From positions 13,516,001-13,580,000 of the forward strand of contig CM102290.1 of assembly GCA_046563655.1 (NCBI GenBank): 64,000 bases of DNA. Reading direction: 5' to 3'. The position numbers and the translations under genes are program-made. The DNA comes from Yuukianura sp. NJ FZ-2021 (lineage: Eukaryota). This document shows positions 24,942 through 35,791 of the stretch, one piece after another. Position 1 is the stretch's first letter, and every line of letters starts with the position of its first letter. Below the pieces are notes generated by a model that searched no databases, was not told the DNA's origin, and was given only the letters and a program-made list of their open reading frames with translations.

Positions 24942-27102
24942 GATGATCTCAAGCAAGGTTCCTTGACAACGGAATTGTATTTCCTACAATAGGTTGTCCA
25001 ATAACACAGCGTTTTCAAAAATCTTGCTTCAAACACCTTTTAGCACCAATAATTTTGTTTATACATTTTCTCTATTTTTTTCAAACTTCAAACACTTGAA
25101 ATCGCATAGAAATAAAATAAAAGTGGGAAAAAAATTCAAAAATTGTTATAGAAATGGAGGCGAAATTTAACCCGTTTGGTTTCTAAGAATTTTGGCAAAA
25201 AATTGAAAAACCCCGAGTTATTGGACAACCTGGTGTAGAAAAAATATTTTCTTTATATACGAACCTTGCTCAACAAGTTCTGAATTCAAATCAACGCACT
25301 TTCACTCCCTTGGTTCTCATGTCGCCGGTTGAACATGGACGAATACTGCCCGTCCCGACGCCATGACTAGCCTGAGTGTCTTCCAAAAGGCGGCGGAATT
25401 GAAACTTTTAAGGTAAAAGTTGGCTCGTCGAAGCAGCCAAAGCGTTGAAAGAACAATTGAAGTGGATCGTGAGAAAAGTTTGGAAGTTTGTAAGTTTAAT
25501 TTGTGTGTTGAGGGCAATGGGAGACTGAAGGAAGTCTGTTGGTGGTGGTTGATTTACCCCTGCCTCCATATTGGAAACCATTCAATTCCACAAATAAGAA
25601 TAAACAGACGTGGAATTCAATTACTACTCAACTGATGGCGGATATATTTTTAGCTGGATCTCTATAGAATTGTTCCACTTTTTGAGTTTGAGTAGAAACA
25701 AAACTTCTTTTTTGAACACAATGACTACTAGGAGATCCTGTACAGTGCTTTTGTAGTAACTTTCAAGGAAAAAATAACAAAAGGCCACTCTGCTATAAAG
25801 TCAAACTGCCAGTTGAACACAGTTGGGGAAAAGTGGGCTTAAAAATTAGTGCGAAGTCTCCACAACGTTCACACGAGCGGAGGAGAATGCTGGAAACGCT
25901 CCTTTTACTTAACGACGTGCGTTAATAGTCCGAATTTTCAGTTTGGAGTTTCGTTTATGACCAACTGCTCAACACTACTCAAAATCAAAATTCGAAACAC
26001 ATAAATACGAAACTTTTGAGAACTGAAAATGGAACGGAACGACAACTCGGTACTTGAAACGATTTGCAAACCGATCCAAAACGACGCCTGCCACTTCAAC
26101 CTAAACAGGCGCTCAAACTGTTGTTGTGTCGAAATCGCAACGGCAAAAGCCGATTTCTTTAAAACCTAACAAATACAAACTGAAAAATCAGAATTGAAAC
26201 AGCATGCAATGTCATTGCATAAACAAAAGCAAAAAAATAGCAAATTTCCACTTTCATTTTTGTTTTTGACCAAAAAAAAAAATTTCTAGCTAAAGCATGA
26301 AAATTGTGCTTGAAAATTCCGTAAATACGGAATCTTATTTTTACAATCTATTTTTTAAGCTGCTTACAAAAAGGCGAATGTTTTGAAAGTTAAAATTTCT
26401 ACAACCCGTACACATCCAATAGAAACAGAACTTAAATCCATAGCGTCTTTCTTAAAACCTGAGTGAAATAAGACGAGCAGAAGAATTTGGAAAACTTTTG
26501 GCAAATAAGTGGAATTGGACACGATTTGAGTGAAAAAAGTTTTCAATTTCAATCAGGAAGTGCTTTCAAATCACTCGTCTACTTCCATAATAGAATCCAT
26601 TCTAGGCAAATCCAACGTGGATATTCAGAAAACCGAAGTTGAGGCAAAGCGATTTGAGTGTAGAGAAAACGAGTTGAGACGAATCATTTGTTACCCGGAG
26701 AAAACGATCTTACCTTGTCACTTACGATTTTTACTACAAGAAGCATTTTAGACTTTAGCCACAATGTTTTGTCCAAGGTCTGTTGACTTGATTTTCTTTA
26801 ACAGGTTGGGTAGCACCTCATGTTTTTTCGATTTTGCAAAAAAAAAGAGTATCTTTTCATTTCGGGGCATCGTAATCATAACAATACAGCTTCTTTTTTT
26901 TTTTAATTTTGCATACGAATTGCTACAAATTTTTCGGATTTACTAATTTTTTCTTTTTTTTTTGTGGGCAAGCGAGGTAGTACCCAACCTGTTAGAGAAA
27001 ATTAACTTTCCGTTGTCAAAGAACCTTGGTTATGTGCAAGATTCTGATGGAATGACCTTTGACCTTAACTATTTTGAAAGAGTACAAAGGAAAAGGACTT
27101 AC

Positions 27103-27204
27103 TCAAGTCGACTCCCTTGTGTTTGGAAGAAGAGAGTGAAAGTTTTGAGTCAATTGTGCCTTTGCTCTTGCCGCTATGCCTTGAGTCTCCTCCATCAAGG
27201 ATAC
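27103..27204 (-). CDS. Pka-C1: Putative PKA-C long-isoform exon c
   Basis: ttttag|GT ATC CTT ... GAC TTG A|gtaagt, 102 nt, phase 1-1, open: (S)ILDGGDSRHSGKSKGTIDSKLSLSSSKHKGVDL. Confidence 0.7.
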   Translation of the reverse strand, partial: VSLMEETQGIAARAKAQLTQNFHSLLPNTREST

Positions 27205-27528
27205 CTAAAATCAATAGGTCAAATGTCATGTTGATCCTGTGACGTTTGACCCAAGGTTCATAAACAAAGAAAAATGTTTTTTTCTACAACATGTTGTCCA
27301 ATAACTCCGCGTTTACAATTTTGTGCATAAATTTTCAAAAATGAAACCGGTTAATCTTAACCTCCGTTTCCATTCCAGTTGGAATAAAAATTATAGGAAA
27401 AACTCGCACAGATTTGAGACAGAAATTTGTTTGAAGTAAGATTTTTGGAAACCCTGAGTTATTAGACAACCTGTTGTAGGAAATACAATTCTGTTGTCAA
27501 GGAACCTTGTTTTGACCGTTGACCTTAC

Positions 27529-27849
27529 TTGACCAGGTACTTAGATGACTATCGGAGTTTGAATGGTCGGATTCGTCCAGAGTAGGAAGTGACGGTTGCA
27601 TGGAATTGGGTGGATTTGAGCCATTGTACAGGGATCCCGGGGAGTGACTAGACTTGGAAATAGTTGGACTTTTATTGGCTTTGTTGCTTTCTGGAAGACT
27701 TGACCCTGACGATGAAGAGGACTTGAGCCAACTGCTGCCCCCTTTGGAAGGGGGTGGGTGGGTGGACGAGGGTGGGGGGCCGAATGAACTCCCGCCATAC
27801 ACTGGGGGTGGACGCTCTGCATCTCCACTGGAGATTTTGACACCTTCAA
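27529..27849 (-). CDS. Pka-C1: Putative PKA-C long-isoform exon b (Ser/Pro-rich)
   Basis: ttttcag|TT GAA GGT ... TGG TCA A|gtaagg, 321 nt, phase 1-1, open: (V)EGVKISSGDAERPPPVYGGSSFGPPPSS...SHLSTWS. This is the same frame as ORF 27497..27802. Confidence 0.7.
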
Positions 27850-30461
27850 CTGAAAATATACAAACAAAAACAAAATGTCATCAGTGCTCCAATCATCCGA
27901 ATTCAGCGCAAACGTAATTTTTTTTAAAACGTTTTGAATTTAGTTCCACTTTGTCAATCTATTTATTCGCCGATCTTTGTATGAACTTTGCCCGGAATGC
28001 TTAAAAGCGTGTATTGAGTTCAAATATTTTGGACCAAAGTGAAAGTTGAGAGAATGACATGGAATGGCTCATGGGAGCCACTTTAGACGCAAAGTACATC
28101 GTTCATGGTAATGGACTTCAAACGACACGTTCCACAACCCACTTTCTTTTGTTTTCCAATTCTGTTCAGTGCCCCAGAAGAGTAAAAGCGGGAGATGACG
28201 GCAAGGATCGCTGATTTTTACAAAGTCAGCGCCTCTATACAGCCTTTTGGGACTTCGAATTCTGCAAACCCTCAATGTCACATCTCCAAATTTTTTCAAA
28301 TAATCTCAACCGAATTTTTCTTTCAAAATACAGAAAAACCTCTCTTATAGCAACTCTCTCCGATACAGTAAAGTCCCTCATTTACGTCACAACAGAGGTA
28401 CCTAACTGCTCAAAGTCAATACATTTAATTTTTTAAAGTTAGAACTAAAAGTTTAAGGTTTCCCTACAAAAACGTTGTTTCACTGCCGGGAAAAAAGCAG
28501 AGCTGTCATTAGTGCGAAAACAATAAGCGCGAATTGAGCATTCTGGCAACAGTGGAACTGAACTTTATTACGGCATAGGTTACGGTTTTTAAAAAAGTTT
28601 GTTTAGGTTTAATTGTTAATGTATGTTCAGTGTTGCCAAGTTGTGGAATTCGCACTTATTGTTTTCGCGTTATTGACGTAGATAACAAGAGTTGCTATAA
28701 GAGAGGTTCTTCTGTACATTACAATGAATTCAGGGCAACATAAACAGAAGTAACAACATATCATCGCCACATCTTAGTTAATATGGAGAGTAGAGTGAGG
28801 AGACCGAGGTAGGTGGAGCCACTAATTGTGATAGTGAATCACGCATGTTGTTTGTGTCCCGTGCTCAAGTGTTAGTAATGAAATGATTTTGGTAAAACGA
28901 GTGGAAGTTTAGGATGACTGGATACATGAGATGGACTAACCTAATTGAGGCCAACACCATCATGGAGAGACTAAATCTCTAGTCAGTCGGATAAGGCAAT
29001 CAAGTTAAGTGCGATTAGATCTCAAATGAAAGATGACGCTCTCTCTCTGTTGAAGTGTACAGAGAATGACAATTCCCACAAAAAATATTGAACAAGACGA
29101 ACACTTTTTCCACTTGTCACGATGATGATGATGAGCAAGTTTTCATGGATGGGAGCATGAGAAGCAGAGTACTGTCACGCCATTTAAGTGCTAGACGGAG
29201 CAAATATTTACTCCGTGTGACTTGGACACAAAAGACATTGCCGGCGGATGCTATAACATAAGATCCACAACATCACTTGTTCGCAATTTTGGATGCTGCT
29301 GAATTTGTTGGTTGCCAAGCGACCAACTGAGGAAGTCAATTCAATTACTTTCTCTGAACAATGCTATGGAAAAACAACAAAGTCGAAAGTAAATAAAATT
29401 TGGAAACCGGTTTGGTGAAATAGGTTCCAGAACAAAAGTTTCTCACGGACTCAAGCCAATTAGTTTTGCTCTTTACTTTTATTTCAATTATTTATTTATT
29501 TATTTCAATTACTTTTTGAGTCGTGTAAAGATAGAGTATGATTTTGTGCAAATTCGCTTCATTTCTTAACTAAAATGCCATGATTACAATACTCATTTAG
29601 AATTTTTTTATAGTAAAGAACTTGCGTTTTAATAATTAATAGAATTTATACGAAGTGTAGAATTTACGCCACTTTCAAAGTTTTGGAATTTATAAAATTT
29701 ATAAATACACTCATAAGTTTCATAAAAGTCAAAAGTTTGGAAAGTGACGTCATTGATTTGAAATCGACCAATAGCGGGACCCGTAACAAAATGGATAGAA
29801 AGAGGCGGGACTTAATAAATTCTATAAATTCTATAAATTATTTATAACGCAAACTCCCTAATAAATCGAAACATTTGAGGAATTTTTTCATAAATTTTCA
29901 TTTTCTAAAATAATTATTTCTAAAACTTATTTTTGAAGTGTATTGCCGCATCAATACTTATCTTCCTGAAAACATGATGACGTATATTGGGCACGGGAAA
30001 CACTACGCCTGCGCAAGCGCATACCTAACTCATGTTACGTCGATGATGAACTTCAACTTCAAAGTGCAAACTACTGTTCATTTTTATCTTAATTTGAAAA
30101 CTGAAATTGAAGTGCGTCCAGCACTCCGACTCACGTCTTGTTCCATTTTTTCATTCATAAACCACAAAAACCATAAGGAAAATCGCTCATTATGGTCATC
30201 CCTAATTAGAACATGCCAAAAAACTTTCATTTTTTAAAAATTCCCATCTCAAAATAAACCAAAAGCGGTTTCCCGCCACAAACTTCTAAAAACCAAAAAC
30301 CATTATGAGAAACCAAACACATTTTTGTAGTTTGGAACAAGTAGAGCTTACTGCGCAGCCAACGACTCAACAAGTGCTTGCTCCAAATGAAACCACAAAA
30401 CAGGTTTTGACTTTTTTCGTAAACAAAAGTCAAAATTTTGAAAAAATCAAAAAAAGTTTAC

Positions 30462-30522
30462 CTTTGTCTTTCTTGTCCTTTTTCCTTTTAAAAAATGGCA
30501 TATTGCAGCCCAAACAGTGCAT
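30462..30522 (-). CDS. Pka-C1: Putative PKA-C long-isoform first coding exon a (Cys plus polybasic N-terminus)
   Basis: ATG CAC TGT TTG GGC TGC AAT ATG CCA TTT TTT AAA AGG AAA AAG GAC AAG AAA GAC AAA G|gtaaac encodes MHCLGCNMPFFKRKKDKKDK, phase 1. Confidence 0.65.
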
Positions 30523-32082
30523 TCCCTTTGGGACTCACAAAATCACAAAATTTTCAGCGCTGCTGCTGATTTAGCACAGAGGTCACTTTCACTTTCTGAA
30601 AAGTAAGGTCAAAGGTCACTGGAAAATAACTTTAGATGTGAAGAGATTAAGAAAACGGTAGAGCAAAAGGCTATAAGAGGTTCCTTGATGCTAAGAACTT
30701 CTTTAACTGTGCTCTTCCTAGAATTAGTTTTACCTTCAATTAACTAATTGGAGGTAAGTTGGAGATGAACTGCCGTCAGTTCCCCGGCAGTAGTGCTAAG
30801 TTTTTTTTTTAGTACAGACTAGTACTTCTATGGATAGGAGGGTGCTATTGGGTTGGAGGGACTACAAAAGCCTAGTACGGCGGCTATCGCAGCCATTTCG
30901 GCTGTAAGTAGTCGTTTAGTGAATATTGAGAGTACTGGTAAACTATGTGCTGCCACGGTGACTGGTGCTGGTTGGCTCTTTAGCACTTCACTCCCACTAC
31001 TTGATCATCTTCAATTTATTTTTGAACTGTATTCATAGTCTGTCTCTACTCTTCTAATTTGAGGCTTGGAATACTGATGAGGTCCAAGAGAATAGGAAGG
31101 GAAAGGTAGATGCAGGAGGTGGGGCCGTAAGTGGTGTATTACCTAATACACACTTGTATGGACTACGACCGGTCATCCAGGACACGGATCCTATGCGTCC
31201 CCGTCGTTACACGTACACGTACACGCACACAGTACACGTACACGTCCAATTCCTCCAAAGTCTAAACACTGCCAGTGGTTCCAGTCGTGTTAAGCGCCAA
31301 GGACGTTATGATACGCAGGCGATAGAGGCCTCAGCAGATATATAACAATGGAATTTGAGAGGTGTCAGATAAGGTGTCTTCATTAAGTGCCACTTTCCAC
31401 CTTCCAAAATAAGTAAAATGCACCGCCAGGAGACTCCACAGCTTCACACACATATTCCCGCATCACTTCCCCTCCGTCTTCTGATCACTGTTTAGTTCAA
31501 GGTTTGTTGACTTTGATTTTCTTTAACATGTTGAGTAATACCTCATGTTTTCTTTTTCAAGACACACGCTTTCCTTCTTTTAGGTCAACTTTTACAGGCG
31601 CAGAGGCTTTGTTTAGACGAAATTACAAAATTAGGCTAGTACAGAAGAGCATATAACCTAATTTTTGGTAGTTTCAAGTGAAGCAACAGCGTGGGAATTT
31701 TTTTTATTTTTTTGTGTGGAAAACTTGAATTTTTGTGGAATGTATTTAAATTAATTAGAGGTAAGTACTGCATTCTGTCCACACACAACTTTAAACCAAT
31801 TAAACCTTCTTCCACTTCCGGTCCTGCCTACGCTCTGTGAGTTTCAAATCAAGGTCAAGTTTAAAACAATAGTGAACAAGGTGGTCTTTCGTGCCAATGT
31901 TTTCTAAAATGCTAAAAAGACAATTTGAGTTGGAAATTTCAAGTCCTCAGGCTTTGTTTCTGGTCAAATTCGGAATATAAAAAAAATAAAACGATAGTAG
32001 TTTTGTTTTAAAGTACGGAAATGTTTTTGTTTCCATTTATTTAGGTAAAACCGCATTTAGAATAGGTGGTGAACTTGATATA

Positions 32083-32459
32083 CAGTAGAACCTCTCATTG
32101 CGCAACACGCTCTGATTGGTCGGTTTGAATTAGAGTTTTGCACTTATCCCACTCGCAACAAAGCCTAGAAGGTCATTAGCACGAAAACAATAATCGCGAA
32201 TTAAACAAGTTGGCAACAGTGGACGAGCGTGTTAGGTTTCAATGGCAATGTACGTTCAGTGTTGTCAACTTGTCGAATTCGCGCTTATTGTTTTCGGGCT
32301 AATGACCTGGAACAACTTAAACCGGTTTTACTTTGTTTACAAGTCAAATTGCTTCAAAAATTTAAGTTGAGTGGTAAGAAATTTAAATTTTAATTTAAGT
32401 TTCACACGTGACGGTCAAGAGGGGCGGAGCTAAAAGTTGCTCAATGAGAGATTCTACTG
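32083..32459. mobile_element. Tigger/pogo-type MITE, CAGTAGAACCTCTC family (copies at about 2367-2692, 3496-3893, 28331-28714)
   Basis: TA-flanked TIR CAGTAGAA(C/T)CTCTCATTG(C/A)GCAAC. It contains a nested palindromic element at 32170-32308. Confidence 0.8.
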
Positions 32460-35400
32460 TACTTCTACTGTAAGGCTGAAACCTATTTTTAGAACTCAAT
32501 AAATTTGTTCAAGGAGGCAATATCCATCTGCTTAATTAAACTTTGGAAAAGCGTGTGAAAAAAGGAAGAGGAATGGAATGGGACTTGGTAAATTGTGGCA
32601 AAAAACGCCCTGCTACACTACAGGTCTTCTGTACTTCTAGTCTGATCCACTTCTTGAGTTTGGACTGGTTGGAGCTGGTAACAATTCCCTTGGTGGAACC
32701 CGTAACGCCAATAACCTAATTTGCACGCCAAAGTCCATTGTGTCTTCATTCCACTTGGTCCATGTACTTTCTCTACTTCAGTTAAACATTTCCAACAAAT
32801 TACGACCTTTAGCGCACCAAAGCTAATTGACTCAGCTTCATTTTTTGGACTTCGGCTCCTCACTTTCTTTTTTTGTTCAAATTATTCTTAGCATGATGTT
32901 CATGTCAGCAGGGACAAATTGACACTAAAAAATAGTCTCTGTCATGTTCAACTTTTATTACAAATTGGCGTGGCGGCAATTCGTATGTAGCTGGGCAATC
33001 CTATTTTCTTGTACATCTACGGCAACTAACATTTGACGGTCATTAGTACAGCACGGACGGTCTCAAATTTTTAATATTTGGCGTCTGTTTCATGCAAGAT
33101 TAGTTGACAATCAAAAGTTAATTTTCTTTAACAGGTTGGGTACTATCTCGCTTGTTGACAAAAAAAAATTAGTACCAATTTAGCACCAATCCGTATGCAA
33201 AATTTAAAGAAATTGGCTGTATCGTTATGACTACACCGAAATGAAAAGATACTTTTTCTTGAAAAATTGAAAACAATATGAGGTATTACCCAACCTGTTA
33301 AAGAAAATCACAAGTCAACAAACCTTGGTGTCATGAGCGTTTTACAGCCAAAATAGTCACAAAACTGAATTTTTTTTAACAAAAAAAAAAAATTCTAAAT
33401 TTTTTTAATAATCTGATTGTCTTGAAATGTTAAACTGAAAAGCATCAACCGGCATTAAATTTTTTTGTTGTTGAAAACGTGCTTGTGTTTCTATTGTGTG
33501 CTTAGTAATCGAAGAGACGATTATAACATTATCACAGACAGTTGAATTACAAAGCGTGTAGAAAACAAACGTTTTGCTTCGCATGGGGTAGCATTGTTCT
33601 GTTTTATTTCATAAGATTCAAACTTCTATTTAGCATCTGAACCTATTTAGTTTTTTTTTTTTCAACATGAACTGTTTATTCCGCGGTTTGCTCCTCGTTT
33701 CCACTTGTTTCTTGCGTCTTTAAAACTATTCCTCTTCGGTGACTGGCAATTCAAGGTTAGTTCTAATATTTCCCATTAGAATTCAAGATCACGCATTCGG
33801 CATCATCACACATCTCACCTTCCAATTCCATCACTCCAACAATCTACTGCTCTCAAATGACTCCAAAGTCTTAAGGACGAACAAGGACGGTGATCTGGAA
33901 TGTTTCAATGGAGGCTAACATAGAACGACGCATGTCAAATGATTACGCAACGGCGCTATTCCGCTGAAATGTCGGATATCCCGCACACAATCAACGCAGG
34001 ACTAAAAACATTCCCAAGGTTTAACTTTTTAGGGACTTAAAACTCACGCCTTCTTTTTTTATTTCAGGGGATTAGTAGTTGTGCAGAGGAATTTAATGGG
34101 AACGTGTTGTCTGTTCAATTTGAAATGGAAGTGGCTATGGAAGTATCGCCGTTTAATTAGTTACCACTTGAAGTGATCGTAAATCCAGAAGAGTGATGGA
34201 GACATGCTACTCTCTCAGAAGAAACTACTCAACAATTGGATTCCAATTGAAAACTATACTATAGTAAAGTTTCGCAAGTTTAAGAACGGCGTAGTCCAAG
34301 AGATTTGCAAAAAAAATCATCAAAACCTGATTCTTTATTGCAGTTTTACATTTTTTGTGATTTGTTTTTGTTTGTTTTCTTACCTAATAATTTACCAAAC
34401 TTCGCAATTTCAAAATTGAAAATGCTTAACTTATCCTCTTCTCCAATTGGAACAACTTTGATATAGTGCTAAAATTTTCGGGTTTCGAAATGTAAAAAGT
34501 TAGCATACATTAAGAAAATTATTAATTAATCAAATGTTAATTAATGCTTAAGTCAATTTTTAGTTAGTTTTGACGCTTCAAACTTACCTGAGGAGCATGT
34601 GAAGTTATAATTTTTGGCTCCGAAGTTACGACTATCTGCTCCTGAAAACTCAAAAATTATGAAAAAATTAAGCACATTTTTCTCAAATTCACGATCTTTT
34701 AATTTCTACTTGTTTCTAATGCTGACTCCAAAGAGGCGGTAGTTATCAGAATAAAGTTTTTAAAATATAATTGAAATTTTGTGATGAAGTTGAGAACAGC
34801 GCTTGATGAGCTCGTCAGTGACAATGATTGAAGAGGTCAAATACAATGTTTGAGATGCTCTTGACAACGGACTCCTCGAGAAGTTTCAAAGTTCACCTTC
34901 AGATGATAAAAAATAGAAACCAAATGCATCTCTCAAGAGCTTCATGTTGCGAAATCGCTGCAGTTTAACTACTCAACTCTATATTTCTTCAAAATCAGTT
35001 TTTTTAATGCATTATGAAAAAAACAGAAGGGAATCCCGTTGGCAAAGAAAAAAAAAGAAAAAAGAATGCTTCAAGAATGGGAGATTATGCAATAACTTTC
35101 ATTTAAAATTCGGATCGAAGTTGCATCAATACCTGCGCCATCTACGAACTGAAACATCGACGAAGTTTAAAATTTCCAAAAAATTGATCAACTTTTTTTT
35201 TTTTTTAAATTGATTGAATTTGAATCATCGAGCGATGCTTGTAGTTGGTGAAATGTTCCTGCCGTAGAGGTCATTGAAATACTGAGGTCAACCTTGGAAA
35301 CCAAATCTAAGCGTGCCTCAAACTAAAATCTAGAAGAAACCAACATGTTTTTTTGAAAAGTGAAACTGATAAAACTGAATGAGAAGAAAAGTTGCTGATG

Positions 35401-35646
35401 CATTTTGAACAGATTGGACAAAATTGCAACTCTTTCAATTTGACTTGCTTTCCTTTCCAAAAGAAACTGAGATATCCTGAAATTATCTTCAAATGAAATT
35501 GAAGCTGCAGCATCGCCTCACGAAAATTGATGAATGAGAACAAAATTTAAGTAGTTTTTGCAATTTTGGCAAAAATTTTGAGTTGAAACTTAGTTTTTTA
35601 AGGTGATAACAATTTTTGACCAGAGTTGTCCATTGATTCAGAGAGC

Positions 35647-35684
35647 TATAAAACCGTTTGCCAGTCATTTGAACAGCATCAGTC
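35647..35684 (+). promoter_or_regulatory. Vitellogenin core promoter (TATA box plus initiator)
   Basis: TATAAAA at 35647-35653 and an arthropod-type TCAGTC initiator at 35679-35684, about 110 nt upstream of the ATG at 35792. Confidence 0.6.
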
Positions 35685-35791
35685 CAGTTTTGAGGTTTCA
35701 TTTAGATCTTCGGATTTTTTGAACCTTGAGTCTGAAAAACCATTTTCATTTTTCACTTTTCAAATTTCTTCTGACACCGAAAACCGGAATC

